Source: Chiloscyllium plagiosum
Taxonomy: Eukaryota
NCBI RefSeq assembly: GCF_004010195.1
Contig: NC_057756.1
Coordinates: forward strand, 7,297,296-7,317,295
Length of the DNA: 20,000 nucleotides
Direction of reading: 5' to 3'
This document shows positions 11,197-19,356 of the stretch, one piece after another. A model generated the notes under the pieces. That model had not been told where the DNA came from and searched no databases. It saw only the letters and a list, made by a program, of their open reading frames with translations. A program made the position numbers and the translations under genes. The first letter of the stretch is position 1. The number at the start of each line of letters is the position of its first letter.

Positions 11197-11549
11197 TTTT
11201 TTCAAAAATATTTGAATAGCATATGGGCATCACTGGCTGGGCCAGTATTTATGGCACAGGGGGAAAGTTTAGGAGCCAGCCACGTTGCTGTGGATCTGGA
11301 GACACCTTTCAGCAAGACCAGATAAGGGTGGCAGTTTCCACCACTGACGGACATGAGTGAACCAGACAGATTTGTCCAGCATTCGGCAATGGATTCACAG
11401 TCATCATGAGACTGTTTATTCCAGATGTTTGTTTCGATTGAATTCAAATTCCATCATCTAACAGCGGGATTCAAACCCGGGTCACCAGCAAATTACCAGA
11501 GTTTCTGGATTAATAGTCCAGTGATAATGCCAACAGGCTATTTCCTCTC
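11197..11549 (-). mobile_element. Second tRNA-derived SINE family (not HE1), at the start of the GPCR intron
   Basis: Minus strand: A box TAGCCTGTTGG (11530-11540), B box GGTTTGAATCCC (11466-11477), body CTGGTTCACTCATGTCC...GGAAACTGCCACCCTTATCTGGTC...CTCCAGATCCACAGCAACGTGG, and tail ATAAATACTGGCCCAGCCAGTGATGCCCATAT. Confidence 0.8.
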
Positions 11550-11989
11550 TTTAGCAAAACTTTTAATGTTGATAAATCCGTGCAGTGGAATACCATGGCA
11601 CTTATATTTCTAATGCTTTCTTTATTTTTAAATATTTTGTTTTTTTTTCTCAAATTATTGTCACTGTAGAATTAGGATCACTGTGGATTAGTTGGCCTTG
11701 CTATAATCAGATCTGCATTATCAGGATTATGTAAGTTTGACTTGACCTGATGCGGATAGTTACATTGAGGTGATGACGTGCAAAGAAGCCTTTTCTTCTT
11801 TAGCAAATCTAATCCTGTGTTTATTTTGATGATCAGTTAACTAATTTTCCTTCAAAGAGTAGCTTAGAGGAATTTGAGAAGTTATGTGAATGGAATGCAA
11901 TGAAAACCGTTCACTAAAATATCAGCAGTACTGAGTATGTTTTTCCAGTCTTTAACTTATGTCGTGATTCGAAAAGTAGTTTCCACAAA

Positions 11990-12752
11990 TTTCTATAAAT
12001 CTGACGTACTACATTTTGGAATGGCAAATCAAGACAGGAGTTAGAAACTTAATGGTAAGTTCGTGAGGATTGATGCCGAACAAAGAATATTTTGAGTGCA
12101 GTTTCAGAGTTCCTTGAAAGCAGAGTTGCAGGTAGATAGGACAGAGAAGAAGGCATTTGGTACTTGTTCCTTAAAGTCAGTGCATTGAGTATACGTATTG
12201 GGAGGTCATGTTGAAATTGTGCACGACATTGGTTATGCCACTTTTAGAATGTTATGTGCAATTCTGGTCTCCTTGCTTTCGGAAAAATGTTGTTAAACTT
12301 GAAAGTGTGCAGAAAAGATTTACATGGATATTGCTGGGTTAGAAGGACTAAGCTACAGGGAAGGGCTGAATAGACTGGTCTATTTCTCTGGAGATTAGAG
12401 GCTGAGGGCCAATGATAGTGTGAATAAACAAGCTCTTGACCTCAGCATAAGGGATTCCAAAACTAGGATGGATAGCGCTTTGGTGAGAGGAGAAACATTT
12501 AAAAGAAACTGAAGGGCCAACCTTTTCATGAAATGGTGCTGCTTATATGGAATGAGCTCGCACAGCAAGTGTTGGAGGCTGTAAAATTGCAATATTGAAA
12601 ATGCATTTTTCATGTACAGAAAGGGTTTAGCGAGACATGTGACAAATGCTGGCATATGGGATTCGGTTAATTTAAGATATTTGCTCAGCATGAACAAGTT
12701 GGATTGAAGGGTCTTTTTCCGTGCTGTGCATCTCTATTACGCCAAATGACTG
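11990..12752 (+). mobile_element. HER1/CR1-type LINE 3' portion (post-RT to tail), intronic
   Basis: Motifs VLHFG, TLVMPLLECYVQFWSPCFRKNVVKLESVQKRFT and SYREGLNRL. It ends GAAGGGTCTTTTTCCGTGCTGTGCATCTCTATTAC. Confidence 0.88.
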
Positions 12753-13128
12753 AAGGTGATTGTTAGGTGTTTGGAGTGTAGAATAAATAGTTGATTGTGT
12801 CCAAAGAGAGAGTAAACCAATTGCAAGGACAAGGTTAAATATATACTGTCTCCTCTGATAGAATTCTACCTTTTCCATTATTTCGGAAACATACTTTGTT
12901 GAACTGATGTACAGATTGACTGTGGCATTTGGTTATCTTAAGAGTCATCAATGGTTTCATTTATCTTGCACCACATTTCAATCTCTCAATGGTTACTCCT
13001 GTGCTTCATGGGTTAAATCCGCAACTCCATCTTCATTTGTTGACAGAGTATGGATTTGTTCTCTTATCGTGAGTGCCACTATTCCCATGTTTTTGTGTAA
13101 CATTGTATAAGAATATATCTGAGAGGGG

Positions 13129-14415
13129 TCATGAGTGTAGTGCTGGAAAAGCACGGCAAATCATGCAGCAACCGAGCAGCTGGAGAATTGACATTTTGGG
13201 CATAAGCCTTTCATCAGGAATGATGCTTGTGGGCTGGGGCTCTGAGAGATAAATGGGAGAGTGGTGGGGTTGGGGGGAAAATAGCTGAGAATGTGATATG
13301 TAGAGGATGTTGGGGGAGAAGGTAATAGATTGGGGAGGAGGGTGGAGTGGATAGATGGGAGAGGTGATGGACAGATAAAAAGGGCAGTGCCAAGTTGGAG
13401 GATTGGAACTGGGATAACGTGGGGGAAGGAAACTGAGGAAACTAGTGAAATCCACATTGATCTCATGTTGTTGCAGGGTCCCAAGGTGGAATATGAAGTA
13501 CTCTTCCTCCACGAATTGGGTGGTTAGGGTTTGGCGATGGAGGAGGCCCAGAACCTGCATGTTCTTGATCGAGTGGGAGGTGGAGTTGTAGGGTTCAGCC
13601 ACGGGTGGAGGGGGTGGTGTTGGCCCGTGTGGGTGTTTCCCAGAGATGTTCTCTGAAATAATCACCAGTTGGTATCCTGCCTCCCCAATGTAGAGGAGAC
13701 CACTTCATGTGCAATGGATACAGTAGATGACATTTTTGGAGGTACAGGTAAATTTCTCTCAGATGTGGAAGGATCCTCTGGGCCTTGGACGGAATTGAGG
13801 GAGAGATGTGGGTGTAGGTTTAGCACTTGCTGCAGTAGCAGTGGATGGTGCCGGGACTAGGGTGAGGGCTGGTGGGGGCCGTGGATGTGACAAGGGAGTT
13901 ACAGAGTGAATCGTCTCTCTGGGATGCTGAAAGGGATGGGGAGGGAAATATATCCCTGATGGTGGGGTCCATTTGTAGGTGGTGGAATTGGCAGAGGATG
14001 ATGCAATGTATGCGGAAGTGAGGACCAGTTGTGTTGGGTGGGATGGGGTTCAAAGGAGGAGATGCAGGAAGTGGAGGAGATGTGCTGGAGGACATCATCA
14101 ACCATGTGAGAGGGGATATTGTGGTCTTTGAAGAAGGAAGCTATCTGGGATTTTCTGTGGTGGAATTGGTCATCCTGGGAACAGATGTGGTGGAGGCAGA
14201 GGAATTGGGAATGAGGGATGGCATTTTTACGGGAGGCAGTGTGGAGGCGGTGGAGGTAGCTGTGGGTTTGTAGTAGATGTTGATGGTTAGTTGGGTTACT
14301 GGAGATGGAGGTGCAGAGGTCCAGGAAGGGGAGGGAGTTATCTGAGATGGTCCAGGTGAATTTGAGTTCGGGGTAAAGATGTTAATGAAATTGATGAACC
14401 GTTCACCTCCTCGTG
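13129..14415 (-). mobile_element. Penelope-like element, 5'-truncated (RT C-terminus, GIY-YIG region, 3' end), degenerate
   Basis: The minus strand gives ERFINF..., KFTWTISDNSLPFLDL and INIYYKPT (PLE RT motifs), and EEEYFIFHLGTLQ..INVDF (C-terminal GIY-YIG region). It ends in a hammerhead-like CTGATGA...GCCCAAAA segment. Confidence 0.85.
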
Positions 14416-14419
14416 AGTT

Positions 14420-15420
14420 CAACCACATGTTCAACCAATGCATTTCCTCCACATCCTGCACCTTCGCCCTTGAACACCACCCCACCAAATGTAACAAGAA
14501 CAGAATACCCCTGGTCCTCAACTTCCATCTCGTCAACCTCCATATATATCACATCATCCTCCGTCCACCAATTCAAACAAACCCCACGACCAGGGATATA
14601 TTTCCCTCCCAACCCCATCAGCATTCCAGAGATACCATTCCCTCCTTGAGTCCCTTGTCAGATCCGCACGCCCCACCAGCCCTTGCACCACTCCCGGCAC
14701 CTTCGTTTGCCACTGCAGGAAGTGCAAATCCTGCATCTACACCTACCCCCCAAAGGATCCTCCCACATCTGACAGAATTTACCTGTACCTCCACCAATTT
14801 CATCTACTGTATCCGTTGCACCCTATGTGTTCTCCTCTACATTCAGAGAAACAGGACATTAACTTGCAGCTCATTTCAGAGAACATCTCTGGGACACCCA
14901 CATGAACCAACCCCACCGCCGTGTGGCTGCGCACTTCAAATTCCCCCCCCCACTCCCCAAAGGACATGCAGGTACTTGGCCCTCTCCATCACCAAACCCT
15001 AACCACCCTTAGCCTGGAGGAAGAACACCTCATCTTCTGCCTTGTGACCCTGCAACCACACAGGATTAATATGAATTTCGCCAGTTTCTTCATTACCCAC
15101 CCCCTACATTATGCCAGTCCTAAGCCTTTATCTTGGCACCACCCTCTTGACCTGCCCATTGTTTTTATCATCTATCCACTCCACCCTGCTTTCTGACCTA
15201 TTGCCTTCTCTGCCATCTTCATCTAACTATTGCATTCTCAATTACTTTTCCCCAGCTCCACCCATCCCATTTATCTCTCAGCACCCCGTGGCCACAACCT
15301 TCATTCCTGATGAAGGGCTTATGCCCAAAATGTTGATTCTCCAGCTCCTGACCTGCTGTGTTTTCCCAGCACTACACTCTCGATTCTGATCTCCAGCATC
15401 TGCAGTCCTCACTTTCTCTC
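14420..15420 (+). mobile_element. Penelope-like element, 5'-truncated (linker, GIY-YIG endonuclease, 3' end), inverted relative to 13129-14415
   Basis: ORF track 14379..15002 contains NRIPLVLNFH and FTCTSTNFIYCIRCTLCVLLYI (GIY-YIG-type IY...YIG). ORF 14921..15196 has LEEEHLIFCL.TLQP..IN. 3' end CCTGATGAAGGGCTTATGCCC...CTCCAGCATCTGCAGTCCTCACTTTCTC. Confidence 0.88.
15307..15339 (+). ncRNA. Decayed minimal hammerhead-ribozyme motif of the Penelope-like element
   Basis: CTGATGA (15307-15313), A, stem II GGGC-TTAT-GCCC, then AAAA where GAAA is required. A mirror copy lies at 13187-13217 on the minus strand. Confidence 0.6.
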
Positions 15421-15663
15421 CGCAATAACAACATATTCTACTAACTATTTTTGACCTCCACAGCCATTTTTCAGTACTTTATATGTAATACCACACACCC
15501 ACTCCCTTTGCTTATTGCACATAGCTTCATGTGGGATGAATTTGGAATAAAATTTATTTTTATATTTTAATATTCTTCCTGAGCATCCTATTGCCATCTC
15601 TACTCAAATACAAGATTGTTCAAGCTACAATTTCTGAACTAATGTTAGTTCTCCATTTTACAG

Positions 15664-16880
15664 TTAGTGCAGTAGCAATTGTGATCCAGTCCTGAGGAAA
15701 ATGTGGTCTCTGGCCATGGCAACAGCAGATCTGATGGTCATCATCACTGATGTTACATTCAAACAGCTGAACCATTATTTTTACCAGGGATCATCCCTGC
15801 ACCCGACACCTGCGTGCATTGTGGTTGACTGTCTACTTTTTGTGAGTTCAGATTGTTCTGTCTGGTTCACAGTTGCTTTCTCCACTGATTGGTTTGTCAC
15901 CATTTCTTGCCAGAAACTGAAACTGATATGTTGTACAGTGAAAACAGCAACTGTTATTCTTTCAACAATCTGCACTCTTTCTTTCTAAAAACAAATCCCA
16001 TTTTCATTATACTGCAACCTATGATTGTGTTTGACAATGTACACTGATCTTGTCAAAGAAAGGCCAGCTATTTTACTGAACTCAAGTGGATCGTTTTGAT
16101 TGGTTAGATAAGCTATGAACACCATTGCTCCCATTCATTTTAGATATAGATTACTTACAGTGTGGAAACAATCCTTTCAGCCCAACAAGTCCACACTGAG
16201 CCGCCGAAACACAACCCACCCAGACCCATTCTCCTACATTTACCCCTTCACCGAACACTATAGGCAATTCAGCCGGGCCAATTCACCTAACCTGCACATT
16301 TTTGGACTGTGGGAGGAAACCGATGCACCTGAAGGAAACCCACACAGACACGGGGAGAACATGCAAACTCCACACAGTCAGTCGCCTGAGGTGGGAATTG
16401 AACCTGGGTCTCTGGCGCTGTGAGGCAGTAGTGCTAACCACTGTGCCACCGTGCTGCCCTCAAATTTTAGTTTTGCTCTTCAATGCTATGACAGTCAGAT
16501 ACGTTTTAGTGGTGAATCGGATCCGCAAAGGATTAAGGAGTCAGAACACGGAGGAGAAGCGCAGTGATCCTGAGATGGAGAGCAGATGGAAGTCAATGAT
16601 TTTACTGTTCACCATATCGAGTAGTTTCATATTGCTGTGGTCACGCTATGTAATAAATTTCTTATGTTATCAAATTGCAGCAATTGATCCCAGAACATAG
16701 AACAGCGGTTTGCATGTATTTGAAAGATTTGGATACATGCTGCTGAATCTGAATTGCTGCACAAATACATTTATTTATGTAGTAACTCAGTCAAAGTTCA
16801 GGGAACAGTTCATTCACGCTGTAAAGTACCCACTGACTGCAATTAGCAGAGTCTTTACTTTTAGAAAGAATTTATTATAA
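15664..16880 (+). pseudogene. GPR139-like class A GPCR pseudogene, coding exon 2 (TM1 end to C-terminus), interrupted by a SINE
   Basis: Acceptor CTCCATTTTACAG| in phase 1. Reads VSAVAIVIQS*GKCGL / AMATADLMVII (TM2) / SDCSVWFTVAFSTDWFVTI (TM3, DRF-derived) / TPLLPFI|LVLLFNAMTVR (TM5) / KSMILLFTISSSFILLW (TM6) / LNCCTNTFIYVVTQSKFREQF (TM7 and helix 8), with the stop TAA at 16878-16880. Internal stops at 15693, 15986, 16045, 16116 and 16698, plus frameshifts. Confidence 0.92.
16144..16459 (-). mobile_element. HE1-like V-SINE inserted into GPCR exon 2, TSD ATTTTAG
   Basis: The reverse complement starts GGGCAGCACGGTGGCACAGTGGTTAGCACTACTGCCTCACAGCGCCAGAGACCCAGGTTCAATTCCC, then the V-domain and tail GTTTCCACACTGTAAGTAATCTATATCTA. 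ATTTTAG flanks both sides (16137-16143 and 16464-16470). Confidence 0.95.
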
Positions 16881-17010
16881 TCTATAAGCTGTTTTTCTGA
16901 GTGTAGAATTGATTCGTTTCGGTGATTAGAAATGTAGTTTCTGCAGGTGGGGCAGGGGGCGTTGTGGAGGGAGGGGAAGGGGAACATTATACAAACGGTC
17001 ACGGAATTCT

Positions 17011-17486
17011 TGTGGCATGTAGCATGTAGCATACTTAAGGCTAAGACTTTAATGAATATAGAGGGTCTTTAAAATAAAATAGTTTTAAGCTAGGAAATAA
17101 CTATGAAGGGTTGTAGCTGAGCACAAAAAGAAGCAGCAGGGACATTTCACAATAAAGCTTATAGCATGATAAGAGAAACTGGATATAAGGACAAGCTGTA
17201 ACAAACAAGGAACAAAGAATGCAGACACACAAGGACAGCAGGATGGGCAGATAAGAAACTAACTAGAAAGAGAAAAACAAGTGAGGTAACCGCCTTATGA
17301 TAGGATGGGAAAAGGGAGGCGTGATTCCACAACTTGCAATCTGAATAAGATTGCTTATATGTTTTGTTTTCGCGTGCATTTCTGCTTGATTGCAGAAGCG
17401 TCCGGTACTTGCAAGGCCGTAATAAATTGCTCTTGTTTCCAAGGCTTTGTCTCAGGCTGATTTGTGAGTGAGTTCTGTTTCTCACA
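17011..17486 (+). mobile_element. Putative solo LTR (~476 bp)
   Basis: TGTG...CACA termini, flanks ATTCT (17006-17010) and ATTCG (17487-17491), AATAAA at 17421-17426 followed by a GT-rich U5-like stretch, and CpGs retained. Confidence 0.7.
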
Positions 17487-18854
17487 ATTCGTAAATATGC
17501 ATCACCTGCATTGTATCAAAAATGTTTGTTTGTACGAAAATACGAACAGCAGTACATGTTTGCTTTCCGTTGGATGTCATTTTATTTTGTATTTCCATAA
17601 TATTGAGACTAGATTTTTTTTAACCTTCACCTGAAGTCAGTGTAATGAATACTTTGTTCAGGAAATATATACCGTCGCAGCATCCACAACATCAAGGATA
17701 TACCCAAAAACAAACGACTTGAAAAACTGAATTAGGGAGATTTCAATCCATCAAATGAGCGGCACAACACGTACCACAGTGCCACTCGCGAGTATTGGCT
17801 GAGAATCGCAAACGAATTCACTCACGTTTTGTGTGTCTCATTTCAGTTCTGTTTTGCAATAATCTTTCTCTCATTTCATTTACCTCATAAATGATCTACC
17901 ATTATCCCAAACGATGTTATTGTTGGACAGCTCAGATTTGAAACAAACATGTGTATTGTTAGTTTATCTTTCTTTCATTTCTTTCATTTTATGTAGTAGA
18001 CTTTCAGTGAAGCCAAGTGTGCAACTCTGCATGTTTGTTTTCAGCAAGGAAAAATGGTATTATTAAAGGGAACTAAATTAAAGAGAAAACACCCATGTTC
18101 TGTACATTTAAAAAAGCTTGTAAGTTTTCAAGGCACATTACAAAAATATATTCCGGTCTATCACAATACCATTACTTTTAAGTCCTCAAATACCTGGATG
18201 AGAGTTTCATTTCGTGTCACGTGTATAACTGTGATTTAGCTCGCTCTATCGCTTCGTAGTCTTGGTAGCTTTTATTTCAGCCTTTCCCTTGATTATTCAG
18301 ACAACTGAGCTTGAATATTCTTAGTAATAACTGTTTGTATTTGATTTATAGCCAAAGCCTTCTTGCCGGAATTTTCATATTAATATACTTGCAGTAAGAT
18401 AACATGTTTCAAACAGTTCTTAATGAAGTCCTTTCTGAAAGAAAATCTGTTCCACACTTTCCCAGAATGATATTTTTCCATCTAAACTATTAATTAAAGA
18501 TTAAAATTCCAACAACACTTTCAGTTCAATAATGTTTTTGTTCGCAGTTTCGAAACTACTTGTGTTCAGCTGTGGATCAGCTTCATTTCTGTGAATTGGG
18601 TGAATCTACCATAAGCACATATCCATTGAATTGCATTATATTCCCTGGGCTCCTCTTCCTGGGCTAGATGGTCAGGTTTGTGAGCATTGATGGGACAGAC
18701 TGCTGAACACAGAATCTCCTCACTTCCATCTAATTTGCTCTGTGACAGAAAACCATGTGTTAGACATGGGTGTGATGGAACAGGTAGGAGTACATTAATT
18801 GGACCAGGATGTTACTTTGCAGGTGTGACAAAGAACACAATGTATGGCCATGTG

Positions 18855-19016
18855 CACAATCCATGGAAGGGCTGGCAGCTGATGTTGAATTTAGACAAGT
18901 ATGATTTGCGGTATTCTGGTAAGTCAAATCTTAAACACAATCCATGGAAGGGCTGGTAGATGATGTTTAACTTAGACCAATGTGAGGTGCGGTATTCTGG
19001 TAAGTCAACCCTTAAA
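18855..19016 (+). repeat. 81-bp tandem duplication (2 copies, 70/81 identical)
   Basis: Copy 1 is 18855-18935 and copy 2 is 18936-19016. Both start CACAATCCATGGAAGGGCTGG and end CTTAAA. 11 mismatches counted by eye. Confidence 0.9.
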
Positions 19017-19222
19017 CACTTAATGGTAAGTTCGTGCAAAGTGTTGCATAAAAAAGAGGCGTTGGAGTGAAAGCTGATAGTTCCTTGAAAGTAGAGTCGC
19101 AGGCAGATAATGTAGTGAAGAATTTGTTTGGTATGCTTTCCTTTTTTGATCAGATCATTGAGTACAGGAGTTGTGAAGTCATGTTCAGCTGTACAGGATA
19201 TTTGTTCGGCGTCTTTTAGAAT
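18870..19222 (+). mobile_element. CR1-type LINE post-RT fragment
   Basis: W(Q)MMFNLDQCEVRYSGKSTL (WQMxFNxDKCxVxHFG-derived), then CTTAATGGTAAG...GTTCCTTGAAAGTAGAGTCGCAGGCAGATA...ATTGAGTACAGGAGTTG, homologous to 12000-12250. Confidence 0.8.
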
Positions 19223-19223
19223 A

Positions 19224-19298
19224 TGAAAATGTGTTGCTGGAAAAGTGCAGCAGGCCAGGCAGCATCCAGGGAACAAGAGAATCGACGTTTCGGGCATA
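19224..19298 (-). mobile_element. Penelope-like 3' end fragment, cut by the following CR1 insertion
   Basis: GTGTTGCTGGAAAAGTGCAGCAGGCCAGGCAGCATCCAGGGAACAAGAGAATCGACGTTTCGGGCATA is homologous to 13136-13204 and stops in the middle of the hammerhead stem II loop. Confidence 0.8.
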
Positions 19299-19356
19299 TA
19301 CTCACTTTTCCTTCCCGGCAAGCAGAGGGGCAGCCGGGAAGGAAAAGTGAGTATAT
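19296..19356. repeat. Perfect 24-bp inverted repeat with 13-nt loop
   Basis: ATATACTCACTTTTCCTTCCCGGC (19296-19319) is the exact reverse complement of GCCGGGAAGGAAAAGTGAGTATAT (19333-19356). The loop is AAGCAGAGGGGCA. Confidence 0.95.

Noticed and set aside
14379..15002. Longest ORF (207 aa) as a host gene
   Set aside because: It drifts in and out of the Penelope linker/GIY-YIG frame and starts across the inversion junction, so it is a transposon remnant.
15701..15988. 95-aa ORF as an independent small membrane protein
   Set aside because: It is the TM2-TM4 part of the GPCR pseudogene between two frameshifts, and its ATG is out of frame with the upstream exon sequence.
18855..19016. Repeat-spacer-repeat pattern as a CRISPR-like array
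   Set aside because: There are only two units, the intervening parts are homologous to each other and to CR1 ORF2, and the context is vertebrate.
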